This document shows positions 9,942 through 20,147 of a stretch of DNA of 64,000 bases, piece by piece. Both the position numbers and the translations under genes were made by a program. Numbering within the stretch: the first letter of the stretch is position 1; every line of letters begins with the position of its first letter. This stretch comes from a virus, in the IMG/VR virus record IMGVR_UViG_3300023084_000004. One strand, 5' to 3'. Below the pieces are notes generated by a model. It had not been told where the DNA came from, did no database searches, and was given only the letters and a program-made list of their open reading frames with translations.

Positions 9942-12284
9942 TTAAGTTACCGTAATTGTTGTTGTACTTGGATAATTACCAGTTGTATTACTTACACCCA
10001 TAGTTTCGGGATCAGATCCAGCCACACCAGTCCACCCACCATTGTTAACGTGATCTGCAGTTACTGTTGTTGAATCAACAGTAAAGTTTGTTACAGATGC
10101 TTCTAAATCTACTAAGTTTGCAATATCTAATGGTGAACCTGATCCATCATCATTAAACATTCTCAAGAATCTTGGTTTAGTATTGAAGTTAACTAATGTT
10201 TTGTAAATAAAATCACCAAACATTTTTGAACCAGCTAGGTGAACATTTTGTTTTAATAATTTTTCATATTGACTTTTATCAAGAGTTGATTTAATTTGAT
10301 ACGAATACTCTTGATAAAAATCGCTGTCTTGTACTCTTTGACCAGATTGATAATATACATCTTCGCCATCGGCAGCTAATGTTTTTTGATAACCATTTAA
10401 GTGTGAACTATAATCTGACCAATAGCCTGATGTTCTTCCCTGTGAAGACGCACTAATTATTCCAACCGCTTGAATTTCTCCAGTTGAATCAACGATTTGT
10501 ACATCTGCTCCATCAACATAACCAAAACCAGAATTTTCAATGCCTACTGTTGCAATTCTACCTGTTGCAAATTGTGTTTCAGTATTCATTATTGCATTAT
10601 CACCAAGAGGTCTTGTGTTATAATCAATTTCTTTACCAATTACATCAATTTCATCGCCATTGGCTCTTATAATTGGATTAGATCCAGAGAAGCCATAATA
10701 ATCAAATGGAATAACACTTATCCATCCTTGTTCTGTATTTGTTTTTGTTATTTCACCTTGTATACCAGTTGTTTTTTCTGTAATAATTTCATTTAAGTTG
10801 AAAACACCAGCATCACCTGGATCTGTAAATCTTAATATTTGATTTCTTCTATCAAAGTTAATAAAGACATCGTCTTTTACTCTTGCAAAAACGTCATTTG
10901 TATACTCATCACCAGGATTTACATTAATGAATCCTGTAATTTTACCAATTGTTAAATCTTGAATATCAAATGCATCTTCTAATGCTGTTGATAAATTAAC
11001 TGGTGAAGCAGTACCTGACATAGGAGCAGTAGCTTCATAATCAGGAGCATTAATTAATGTTGGTAAAAATGGTGCTAAAGGATCTGTAATTACAGATGCA
11101 ACAGAAGTATTTGTTAAACCTTCTACGATAACATCATTAGGATTTGATGTATCAGGAAAAAGTGCGCCGGGTGAACTTGAATTTAAATCACCGTATACAT
11201 CAAAAGTTAAAGAGACATTTGGATTTCTGTCGAGCGTTTGAATTGCTCTATCAGCTCTAAAATTTGTTCCTGTTGTTACATAAACACCAATTGCGCTAGT
11301 ACTTTGACCAACTACATATCCTTCTGTTCCTGCTGTGTCTTGTATTCTTTCATACGGAGTAAATTCTAAATCTTCATTATCTAAAACAAGAGTTTGATTA
11401 CTTACAATAAGTCTTGTCGTATTAACACTATACCCATATCCACCGTTTTCTAATTCATATTCAATTTGTCCTGTAAGTTTATCTTGCAATCCAGTAACAA
11501 TAACTTCACCGCCAGCTCCATATTCTGAATTAAGAGAATACTTATCACCAATTTTATTTCCTGTTGTCCCTCTTATTTCATTATCTAAATCAATTGTAAT
11601 CCCATTAAGCGAACCATTTATTCTACCAAATGAAACAACTTCACCATTAATGTTTGTAAAAATATCGTCGTATTTTTCAAATTGTCCTTGAACTTCATCG
11701 ATATAAATGATAGGTGTTTTAATACCATTTAAAATAATAAAGTTAATTTTAGAAACTGCAGCTTTTGCTTCTGAAGCTGAACCTGTAATATTACGTGATA
11801 TTAAATCTGCGTATGTATATTCAACATCGGTTTTTGATAAAAAGTAATTATCATTAGGAAACATTTGTAAGTAAATACCTTGTTTCCAAACACTGTTAGA
11901 AACTTTAAGCATCCTTTTAGCAGGATAGATAATATCAGTATCATATTCTCTATAAAAAATAGAGAAAAATAATTCTATACCTGCGGGAGTTCCTTTGCGT
12001 CTATAAAGATCTAAAATATTTTTAACGAGAATATTTACTACATTAGTTTGTAATTTAAGGTCTGCAAGATATTTCTTTTGAAAGAATATAAGCATTGACT
12101 TAAGAGTTGTATCAACATCTTTATATTCGAACATTCTTCTCGAATTATAATGAGATTGTTTTGAATCACTCTCAAGCCATTTATAATAATCTCTAGCAAG
12201 TTGTACAAGCTCAGGACCATCTTCCCTATAGATATTAGGAAATTGCTGATTGATAAAAAATGCTATATCCTTTTGTACATCCAT
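9942..12284 (-). CDS. gp7: Baseplate wedge initiator, gp7-like
   Basis: LYRRKGTPAGIELFF, QDSDFYQEYSYQIKS, HLAGSKMFG motifs; position after gp6. Confidence 0.7.
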   Translation of the reverse strand: MDVQKDIAFFINQQFPNIYREDGPELVQLARDYYKWLESDSKQSHYNSRRMFEYKDVDTTLKSMLIFFQKKYLADLKLQTNVVNILVKNILDLYRRKGTPAGIELFFSIFYREYDTDIIYPAKRMLKVSNSVWKQGIYLQMFPNDNYFLSKTDVEYTYADLISRNITGSASEAKAAVSKINFIILNGIKTPIIYIDEVQGQFEKYDDIFTNINGEVVSFGRINGSLNGITIDLDNEIRGTTGNKIGDKYSLNSEYGAGGEVIVTGLQDKLTGQIEYELENGGYGYSVNTTRLIVSNQTLVLDNEDLEFTPYERIQDTAGTEGYVVGQSTSAIGVYVTTGTNFRADRAIQTLDRNPNVSLTFDVYGDLNSSSPGALFPDTSNPNDVIVEGLTNTSVASVITDPLAPFLPTLINAPDYEATAPMSGTASPVNLSTALEDAFDIQDLTIGKITGFINVNPGDEYTNDVFARVKDDVFINFDRRNQILRFTDPGDAGVFNLNEIITEKTTGIQGEITKTNTEQGWISVIPFDYYGFSGSNPIIRANGDEIDVIGKEIDYNTRPLGDNAIMNTETQFATGRIATVGIENSGFGYVDGADVQIVDSTGEIQAVGIISASSQGRTSGYWSDYSSHLNGYQKTLAADGEDVYYQSGQRVQDSDFYQEYSYQIKSTLDKSQYEKLLKQNVHLAGSKMFGDFIYKTLVNFNTKPRFLRMFNDDGSGSPLDIANLVDLEASVTNFTVDSTTVTADHVNNGGWTGVAGSDPETMGVSNTTGNYPSTTTITVT

Positions 12285-12306
12285 TAGTACATTCTCTTTT
12301 TAAAAA

Positions 12307-14181
12307 TTAATAACTTCCACCACTAGAGACTGAGCTTAATGAGCCTATAGTAGAACTTGAAGTAATATTGCTTGGTGATGTTTCTTCTTCTAACGTCATA
12401 TTTACAACAACATCGTTATCTCTTATTATAAACACTCGTCCTTGTGGTGCTTTAATATCAGCATTACGAGGTCTTACCATAATTTTAATTCCAGAACCGT
12501 TATAAGATTCTACAACGAAGTTTGTAAGTTTAATTAAACCTGTATTATAATCAACTACTCCGGCTTTCGGATTTACAATCTGTGGATTAGTTGCGTCATC
12601 TGTGACAGTCATCATATTTCCTACACCATCATCAGACAAATAAACGCAAACTCCTGCGATATCAAATGGACTTGATTTAACTGCTGGTTTAAAATCTGAA
12701 AAACCATTTGCTGCTCTATATGGGTATGGCTTTATTAATGGTGTTTCAAATTTAAATGATGGAGCTGCTTCTACATTAACAACAGGTGAATATTCTATAA
12801 TAGGTTGAATAACAATATCATTACTTTGAATACCAGAATCCACATCATCGATTATACCTGAAAGTTTAGATTCTCTTAATGTTCTATTAAAGTTTTCAAG
12901 CTTATCGTCGGAATATGTTTGTATTGCGTTTCTAATAAGTTGTTCAAGCTCACCAGGACTTTTATCTGTTAATTTATTACTATATGTTGCATTTACAGTA
13001 ATATCAGCATAATAGAATTTAGTTTGAACAAAGAATGGTTCAATACCTAATGGGCTTTTATCTGAAAGATATTTAATATAAGCATTCGCAAGCGTAGAAG
13101 ATATAAGTGTTGTATTATCTGATATGTAAACTGATATCGCAACTTTACCGTATTGAGGCGGATCAAGTTCTTCACCACCGTAAGCAGATACCGCAGTAAT
13201 TTCTGGGAATGCTTGTTGTAATAAAACTTCATAATCACTATTAGTTACTGCACGTTCTTGAATTTGTAAAGCTTTAGGAGCAAAGTATCTAATTGATTCC
13301 ATACTTTCTCTTTCTTCACCACCCTGTGCCGCTTCAATTGTTTCAATACTAATTGTAGCTCCATCAATAAAAGATGCTGAGAAACTATTTGCACCATTGG
13401 CTTCAGCACCTGAACAAATACGATATCTTACACGAACATCTTCGTATTCTTCTGGCTGCAAACCAAATTCATTTTTACCAAAATAAATTGAGTATCTATC
13501 ATCAAGATAAGGTTCTAAATAGAATACTGGGTCTGTCGCTTTAACACCATAAATGGTTGTTGCTCTTGTAAATACGTTTTGGTCTTCAGTTGCTTCTGCG
13601 TCGACGAATACAACAAGTGAATCCGTATCAACTTCATTATTTGTAAGTTGAACTCTTAATACGCCATCTTCATCAACAATAAATCCTTCTCTTTGGAATG
13701 ATGAAAGCATTTGTCCTTCTAAAATTTCTACGTCTTCTGCAATATAAACACCAGGTGCTGTACGTCTTGCAACGTATGATTTATCTGTTACAAAATTAAA
13801 TAAATCACCTTGGAAGTTTGAAGTAAAATTTGAATATGTAGGAATGGTAAGTGTTGATGCAGTTTCATATTCATCTGTAATTGTTACACGAACTTTTGCT
13901 CTTGCGCTTTTGCGTGATCTTGGAATATAGTTTAATTCTTTTGCATGAGAAACGATTGAGTTCTTTAAGACGGCCGAGTCAAGAAACATTTCGTTAAGAG
14001 CCATGTTAGTATAAAAGTTATTTTGGAAAGTATTAAATGCTAGAACATCGAGAAATGCACTGAGGTTAGAACCTTCAAAATTATAATCTTTAAATTGAGT
14101 TTGTGTACTGAGATAAGTTCTCAGTTGTGTTTTAATTGAATCGAAATCCAATTCTGTTATAGGTGTTTTTACGCTGGCCAT
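12307..14181 (-). CDS. gp6: Baseplate wedge subunit gp6
   Basis: ELDFDSIK...FKDYNFEGSNLS, QERAVTNSDYE, PPQYGKVAIS. Confidence 0.92.
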   Translation of the reverse strand: MASVKTPITELDFDSIKTQLRTYLSTQTQFKDYNFEGSNLSAFLDVLAFNTFQNNFYTNMALNEMFLDSAVLKNSIVSHAKELNYIPRSRKSARAKVRVTITDEYETASTLTIPTYSNFTSNFQGDLFNFVTDKSYVARRTAPGVYIAEDVEILEGQMLSSFQREGFIVDEDGVLRVQLTNNEVDTDSLVVFVDAEATEDQNVFTRATTIYGVKATDPVFYLEPYLDDRYSIYFGKNEFGLQPEEYEDVRVRYRICSGAEANGANSFSASFIDGATISIETIEAAQGGEERESMESIRYFAPKALQIQERAVTNSDYEVLLQQAFPEITAVSAYGGEELDPPQYGKVAISVYISDNTTLISSTLANAYIKYLSDKSPLGIEPFFVQTKFYYADITVNATYSNKLTDKSPGELEQLIRNAIQTYSDDKLENFNRTLRESKLSGIIDDVDSGIQSNDIVIQPIIEYSPVVNVEAAPSFKFETPLIKPYPYRAANGFSDFKPAVKSSPFDIAGVCVYLSDDGVGNMMTVTDDATNPQIVNPKAGVVDYNTGLIKLTNFVVESYNGSGIKIMVRPRNADIKAPQGRVFIIRDNDVVVNMTLEEETSPSNITSSSTIGSLSSVSSGGSY

Positions 14182-14182
14182 C

Positions 14183-14599
14183 TTACCTTATCCTTGTTAA
14201 AATTAAATCCAAAGTGACTGGAATATCTGAATTTCTTACATAAAATCTTATTACTACATCTACTCTATTATCGTCAATACTTGAACTTACAGTTACATCA
14301 ATTAACTGAGCTCGAGGCTCATAAGTTTTAATTGTAGTTTCTACTCTGCTTTTAATAAGATTTAGTGTTCCTGGTGTAATATTTTCAAATAGTAAACCTC
14401 TTATGCCTCCACCAATATATGGTTGCATCAATCTTTCACCAGGATCTGTGAGTACTAAATTTTTTATAGATTCTTTAACGGCGTCTTCATCTTTAATAAG
14501 CGCTAAGTCTTTAGAGATAGGACTAATAGTCAGATCTTTCTTAAAATCTGAATATAAGTTCTGCTTTTTAGTAGCAGGTGTTTTAATATCTATTGTCAT
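14183..14599 (-). CDS. gp25: Baseplate wedge subunit gp25
   Basis: SIKNLVLTDPGERLMQPYIGG, YEPRAQL. Confidence 0.9.
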   Translation of the reverse strand: MTIDIKTPATKKQNLYSDFKKDLTISPISKDLALIKDEDAVKESIKNLVLTDPGERLMQPYIGGGIRGLLFENITPGTLNLIKSRVETTIKTYEPRAQLIDVTVSSSIDDNRVDVVIRFYVRNSDIPVTLDLILTRIR

Positions 14600-16158
14600 A
14601 CTACTGGCAACTCTCTTAAGTCTAAATGAATATGCTCGTCATATTCTACAACTGTTTTAAAACCATGTTTATAAGCAGCTTCAGTGAATGCATTAACATC
14701 ATCCATGTCCTTTTTAATATCTATAACCAAACCGCTCAAGTGACTGTTATCTGGATCATTTTCTTGTGCTTCATTCCATTCTTTACTTACCCAGCCATCA
14801 ATAATTTCGTATGTTCCACCTATATCATCTCTTATTCTTGTCAGATATACTTTTACATCTAAATCAATTTTAAGATAGGCATTGATTCCGACATTATCAT
14901 TATGAAATGGATCATCTTCCCCACGTGCTACTTTTAACCATTCGTGTGTTCCTTCATATACTTGACCACATTTTGGAATGTTTTTATATTCAGCAGCAGT
15001 TATAGGTTTAATAGTAACAGGTTGTTCTCCTGTAGGAGTAATTCTTCTTCTACCTTCATCTTCCCAAAGCGCTCTTAAACTATTTATGGATTCTTGTCGT
15101 TTTTCTTCTGAAAACCTTATGCCTCCATTTCTTATAGCTGTTGATGAATTAACATTTGAAATTGCTTTTAATCTATTAACAATGCGCGAATATCTAAATC
15201 CATAATCGTCCATTGGTTTTTTAATATCTCTAAGTAATAATTCTATATTTGCAGCTAATGCGCAGAATCTAAACACCATGAATTGGATTTGTTCTAAATT
15301 TGGATTTTCAAAAAGACTTACCGCATAGTCAATTAGATTAGATAACTTTCTTTTAAGTTGGTCTTTATTTTCTTTTGTAAAGTTTTGACACTGAAGTTCT
15401 TTAATTGTCATTATTGCTTTAACGCCTTTAGCTTGGCCTGCTTTGATTTCACCTACTATTGCTTCAATATCAAAATTAGAAAGAGCATCTTCAACTTCTT
15501 GTATAATTTTATCGACAACTTCTAGAATTTTATCTTTAATTTCTTTAATGATTTTGTCTATAATCTGTTGTGCTGTGAGCTCTGTTAGTCCGTCATATGA
15601 ACGAATTTTATCAATAAATGCCATCGCATCAGCAATAATTGCATTGACTTCATCAAGTAAATCATAGAAAGATTCTATTTGTTGAAAGATATTTTGCATG
15701 GATTGACAAAAGCCACCCATGATACTTTGCGCAAATGAATCTTTATAATATGCATCGAGTGTTCGAGCAAGTTTTACATAATCTCTTTCATTGACTATTC
15801 CATCAGGCGTATAATTTTTAACATTTAAAAAATCAGCACCTTCTAAATTTGTAATATTACCAGAGTTCCATCTTTTTTCTAAATCAGGAAAATCTCCTAA
15901 AGCACCTTGCATACGATTACGAAATGATCCATTTAAATAATTAACTGAATCATAGAAAGCATTACCAAATTTATTTTCTGCAATTTGAATCGGATTATTT
16001 TCCGCTTCTTTAAGCATATTATCAGCAAGTTCTTGTGCAAATACATCAATTTGGTTTAAAGTATATGCACCTTCGGAATTTACCGTAGGCCCAGTATTAG
16101 ATAATAATAATCTATTTCTTACTGTTTGATCTGTATTGTCTACACAAGTCCCTGCCAT
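14596..16158 (-). CDS. Baseplate-associated protein with C-terminal peptidase M15 (peptidoglycan hydrolase) domain
   Basis: C-terminal SHLSGLVIDI and HIHLDLR zinc motifs; helical N-terminal part; lies between gp5 and gp25. Confidence 0.7.
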   Translation of the reverse strand: MAGTCVDNTDQTVRNRLLLSNTGPTVNSEGAYTLNQIDVFAQELADNMLKEAENNPIQIAENKFGNAFYDSVNYLNGSFRNRMQGALGDFPDLEKRWNSGNITNLEGADFLNVKNYTPDGIVNERDYVKLARTLDAYYKDSFAQSIMGGFCQSMQNIFQQIESFYDLLDEVNAIIADAMAFIDKIRSYDGLTELTAQQIIDKIIKEIKDKILEVVDKIIQEVEDALSNFDIEAIVGEIKAGQAKGVKAIMTIKELQCQNFTKENKDQLKRKLSNLIDYAVSLFENPNLEQIQFMVFRFCALAANIELLLRDIKKPMDDYGFRYSRIVNRLKAISNVNSSTAIRNGGIRFSEEKRQESINSLRALWEDEGRRRITPTGEQPVTIKPITAAEYKNIPKCGQVYEGTHEWLKVARGEDDPFHNDNVGINAYLKIDLDVKVYLTRIRDDIGGTYEIIDGWVSKEWNEAQENDPDNSHLSGLVIDIKKDMDDVNAFTEAAYKHGFKTVVEYDEHIHLDLRELPVV

Positions 16159-16159
16159 G

Positions 16160-18088
16160 TTATCCCTCTATGATATTTCCGTTTGCATCGACAGTTTGTG
16201 AAGTACCACTATCAACCGTTATTGTATCGGTATTTCCAGTTTGTACTGAACCATCTGAATTAAAGCTAAGTAAATTATCTAATCCTTCTATTATGTCATT
16301 TCCAATACTTGCTATTGACTCAAAAGGATTTGTTAAATTAGATAATATTGAACTTTTTTGTCCATCTGATTTTGCAGTATCGCCAGGAGGAGACGACCAA
16401 CCTGAATTATATCCCATTGCAAAATAACCTTTTGGTTGTATTGTTGTAGCTGCACTAACAGGTTCTGGTATTTGAACTCTTGCAATACCATATCCACCTT
16501 GTGTTAATGGGTTTGGAATTCCTATTACAGAGAAAGGACTTGTTAATACACCAGCAAAGAAATCAACTATATTTCCATTAGGTGATGGATATGCATATCC
16601 TGAGAATATATTAACTGGTAATGGCGGAACAGCTAATAAACTCTGTGTAGGTGGTGTTAATAAAGGTATTGTTGGTAATGCAATAGAAGGTGCAGATATA
16701 CCAACCAGTCTTCCAGGTCCAGGTGCGCAAGGACTTCCTGGTGCTGAACTAATGGGTAGAGGTGCAGCCAATATCGATGTGTTTACTGTTCCAAAGTTTC
16801 CAACTAATGTTGTTGACGCACTAATATTTGCAGTTTCGATATTACCAGTTGTTGCTGTAAGAATACCGGCATTAACAACTCCTGCATTCCATAATCCTGA
16901 GAAACTTCCATTGGCTGATAATATACTTACAAATGGTGTTGTTAAACTAAAACCAGGCGTTCCTGTAATTGATCCAGATAAAGGTGAAGGTGGTATTAGA
17001 CCTGTTGCTGTTAATACCATATTCGATGCCTGAGCATGAATATCTCTTAATGTTGTAAATTTAATACTCTTATTTGAATATACATCATAATTCATTAATG
17101 CTGTATTTTTAATATTTGCAGATACAAAATTTAATTGTTTATCTGCTTCAAATTGAATTTCATCTTTTGCATAAAGCGTCATTACATCTGCGTTTGCTTC
17201 GAGTTTTAATGTTGCACCTCTTGCTTGTAAACTTTGTCCAGAAGTCATAAACAAGTTCTGACCAACATTAAATTCAGAGTTACCATGCACTAAGAGTTTA
17301 TAATCTCCCATAACCTCTTCGGTTTTATTACCTTTTACATATACATGCGCATTACCATTAATAGTAACTACTTGATGTCCTGAAGATTCATGTTTTGTTC
17401 CAATATTAATTTCGTATCTATCTGCTTCTGCTCTTTCTGTAACTGTGCCGCGAGAATCAATTTGAATAAATGCACCTGAATCATGATGAATCATAATGCG
17501 CTCACCACCAGGTGTATCATCTAATTCGATATGATGTCTTGCTGTTTCAATAACTCTATTATATGGATATTTTGCATTATATGCTGAAGAAGGCTGAGAC
17601 CATGTTTGATCACTACCAGCTATGTTTTGATTTTGAACGGCATTAATACTTACATCTCTATGATATGTTTCATCGATATGTTCTGCTCTTCCAGATTTTG
17701 ATCTTTGGTGCTCACCAAAATCTTCTGGTGTAAAACCTTTTGCAAGAATATCGCCATTTTCTAAAGGAATAACTCCATAACCATCTCGTTCTGGATCCAT
17801 CTCATCATAATATTGTGTTGGAATCATTCCTAAAATAAGAGGATGCTGAGCTTCATCACCATCTAAAAACATACCAAACACAAAAGCATTTAAAGGAGGT
17901 AAAGGATCATCAGCAGTATAAGCACCACTAACACAAATTGCCCAAGGCAAATCTGTTGTGGCTACTTCTTGGTGTGTTCCATGTGCACCAAAAGCACGTA
18001 CTCGCACACGACCTTGGAATGACGGATCATTATTATCTTCAACTACTCCAATGAAAAACATTGGATTTCGTATTCCCATTCCTCTCAT
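16160..18088 (-). CDS. gp5: Baseplate hub spike gp5 (OB-fold plus beta-helix; no lysozyme domain recognised)
   Basis: FIGVVEDNNDP..QGRVRVRAFG, LPWA, YPYNRVIET..HHIELDDTPGGER. Confidence 0.9.
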   Translation of the reverse strand: MRGMGIRNPMFFIGVVEDNNDPSFQGRVRVRAFGAHGTHQEVATTDLPWAICVSGAYTADDPLPPLNAFVFGMFLDGDEAQHPLILGMIPTQYYDEMDPERDGYGVIPLENGDILAKGFTPEDFGEHQRSKSGRAEHIDETYHRDVSINAVQNQNIAGSDQTWSQPSSAYNAKYPYNRVIETARHHIELDDTPGGERIMIHHDSGAFIQIDSRGTVTERAEADRYEINIGTKHESSGHQVVTINGNAHVYVKGNKTEEVMGDYKLLVHGNSEFNVGQNLFMTSGQSLQARGATLKLEANADVMTLYAKDEIQFEADKQLNFVSANIKNTALMNYDVYSNKSIKFTTLRDIHAQASNMVLTATGLIPPSPLSGSITGTPGFSLTTPFVSILSANGSFSGLWNAGVVNAGILTATTGNIETANISASTTLVGNFGTVNTSILAAPLPISSAPGSPCAPGPGRLVGISAPSIALPTIPLLTPPTQSLLAVPPLPVNIFSGYAYPSPNGNIVDFFAGVLTSPFSVIGIPNPLTQGGYGIARVQIPEPVSAATTIQPKGYFAMGYNSGWSSPPGDTAKSDGQKSSILSNLTNPFESIASIGNDIIEGLDNLLSFNSDGSVQTGNTDTITVDSGTSQTVDANGNIIEG

Positions 18089-19503
18089 TATCCCTGTCCT
18101 CCCATACGACCCGATCTAGTATCTGAACCAGCACCAGCCCAACCAAACTTATATAAAGATAAAGTTGTTGTAAGTTGATCTTCTGTACACTGATTTACTA
18201 CATGAGTCACTAAATATTTTCCACTTAATTGAGGGTTATCTTCAATTTGATTTGAACCTTGATTTAATTCTCGTATTCTTACATTTATTACATCACCCGC
18301 ACCAACGTCAAGGCGGCCGTCAGTTGTTGCAGTTACTGCAGTTGAGTGCATGTGATGATTATACATAACTCTTCTTGCAATAATATCTCTAAAATGTTTA
18401 TCTTCTGGAAAACTTATTGAATTTGAAAAATCTCTGTAATCTCTTATCATCATATATTGTTTTGCGTTTTCATCTGTAAATGTATCATTGGCATATTGTT
18501 GAGTATGAATATCTGTAGCCCAACTACTCTTATTACCAGTTACATCTGTAAACTGAGTTCCTTGTCTAGAATCATTGTATCCATAATTATATCTTCTTGC
18601 ATGATGCTTAAGTAAGTCTACTTCTATGATTGTATTTCTATATGCACCATTTACTAATGATTGTGCTGGATTTGATCTTTCACTATTTTTAAATGAAGAA
18701 AATGATCTAACTTGTTCTTCCGCATTTTCTGGATCCATATCAACTTGAGCACTATAATTAAATTGACTTGTTCTTCTTTGAGATGCGCTGATACCTCTTT
18801 CATATAACCATTCGTCACTTACACAATAAAATCCGTCCCATCTTTCAAAAAATCTCCAAGAAGAAGATGATGAGTTAGTATTTGAATGCGCTCTTTTTAA
18901 AAGAAAACCAATTGCCTCCGTAGGCATATAGTCTGGTATAATAACATTAGTATTTCCTTCTGTATCTTGAAGAATAAATTTTCTTTCGCGATTACCTTGA
19001 AGACTCCAAACTTGAGTACCTTCGGGATAAGTTTCAACTCTTGAAGGACTATAGTCTACTAATCTACTAATATATTGTTCAAATACTTCTTTGCACATAG
19101 TAGATATTTTTTTATCTCTAAATGCTTTTAAAACACTTCTTTTAAATCCGGCCCAACTTTGTGAGCTTATCCAGTGAATTGTATATGTTGTACCTTTATT
19201 AGTATTTGATGCAGCGACATCATTAATCTTATGAACTTGTGCTTTAATTTCTCTTTTTGTTTGTAAATCAGCACATAAAAATTCTAATTCTAAACTTTCT
19301 TCACCTCTTAATGGAAGGCCTTCTAATAAACCTTCATTATCTAATACAGTTATACTTCCAGATAATGAAACACTACCTATTCCATGTTCAACATGCCAAG
19401 CACCAATAATTGTACTAATATCATGAGACACGGCATTTTCTGCTCCATAAGGAGTAAGTATAGCTTTTGTTATCTCACAATATGAAGGACTAAAATCTGA
19501 CAT
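18088..19503 (-). CDS. Baseplate hub protein, gp27-like
   Basis: Position before gp5; GRLDVGAGDVINV and LSGKYLVTHVVN C-terminal motifs of hub proteins. Confidence 0.6.
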   Translation of the reverse strand: MSDFSPSYCEITKAILTPYGAENAVSHDISTIIGAWHVEHGIGSVSLSGSITVLDNEGLLEGLPLRGEESLELEFLCADLQTKREIKAQVHKINDVAASNTNKGTTYTIHWISSQSWAGFKRSVLKAFRDKKISTMCKEVFEQYISRLVDYSPSRVETYPEGTQVWSLQGNRERKFILQDTEGNTNVIIPDYMPTEAIGFLLKRAHSNTNSSSSSWRFFERWDGFYCVSDEWLYERGISASQRRTSQFNYSAQVDMDPENAEEQVRSFSSFKNSERSNPAQSLVNGAYRNTIIEVDLLKHHARRYNYGYNDSRQGTQFTDVTGNKSSWATDIHTQQYANDTFTDENAKQYMMIRDYRDFSNSISFPEDKHFRDIIARRVMYNHHMHSTAVTATTDGRLDVGAGDVINVRIRELNQGSNQIEDNPQLSGKYLVTHVVNQCTEDQLTTTLSLYKFGWAGAGSDTRSGRMGGQG

Positions 19504-19508
19504 AATTT

Positions 19509-19769
19509 TTATTCAGCGCTAATATTAGCAACAAATTCTTTAGTTATTTGACTTGTGTATCTGTTATCGAATAAGAAAATTTCTTTTTTGTTTTCGTTTA
19601 ATGCGTTTTCATAATCAAATAACCTATAAGGTTTCCATTCTTCAGGAATAATACGTTTAATAATAATTTTACGACCTTGTTCTGTACGCATAATAACACG
19701 GTCTTCTCTACGTAAATAAATCGTTCTAAACGATTCAGGTGCTAAAATAATTTCGTCTACTGCTGCCAT
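19509..19769 (-). CDS. gp53: C-terminal half of gp53 (in frame with the upstream half)
   Basis: YRLFDYENALNENKKEIFLFDNRY resembles the gp53 C-terminus; follows the upstream ORF as TAA-CAG-ATG in the same frame. Confidence 0.6.
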   Translation of the reverse strand: MAAVDEIILAPESFRTIYLRREDRVIMRTEQGRKIIIKRIIPEEWKPYRLFDYENALNENKKEIFLFDNRYTSQITKEFVANISAE

Positions 19770-19772
19770 CTG

Positions 19773-20147
19773 TTATACCTGCCTTACGTAGTAAATAATA
19801 TTTTCATCATTATCAGGATCTCTTAACCAATCAATAACATCCTCGCCAACCTCTCCAGATAATTCTGTGTATTTTTCTACAAGGTAATCATTAAATGTTT
19901 GAGGATCCATTGGCCATTCATGATAAGGATCAACAATGTTATTTGCCATATAAACTAACCAAACATAATCAACAGAACCATAATAGAATCTTGCGACATC
20001 TTCAGCGCGCTCACCTTCTTTTACAGTATAAGGATAATACACATAAGGATTATTTGCAATTGCTCTTTTAAAGGCTGTTCGACGAGTAATATCACGTACT
20101 CTTCGACCTTGATAATTAATTATTGGAAATTTTTCGAAGTATTTCAT
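19773..20147 (-). CDS. gp53: Baseplate wedge gp53, N-terminal LysM-like half
   Basis: MKYFEKFP, YTVKEGERAEDVARFYYGSVDYVWLVYMANNIVDPYHEWP. Confidence 0.88.
   Translation of the reverse strand: MKYFEKFPIINYQGRRVRDITRRTAFKRAIANNPYVYYPYTVKEGERAEDVARFYYGSVDYVWLVYMANNIVDPYHEWPMDPQTFNDYLVEKYTELSGEVGEDVIDWLRDPDNDENIIYYVRQV

Noticed and set aside
3991-17033. Many short opposite-strand or alternative-frame ORFs in the track (e.g. 3991-4218, 5585-5824, 10497-10796, 16752-17033)
   Set aside because: Fully nested in well-supported genes, no SD or promoter, composition typical of shadow ORFs
19773-19775. Genome-wide stop-codon reassignment
   Set aside because: TAA, TAG and TGA all terminate conserved genes at expected lengths; no suppressor tRNA in the window
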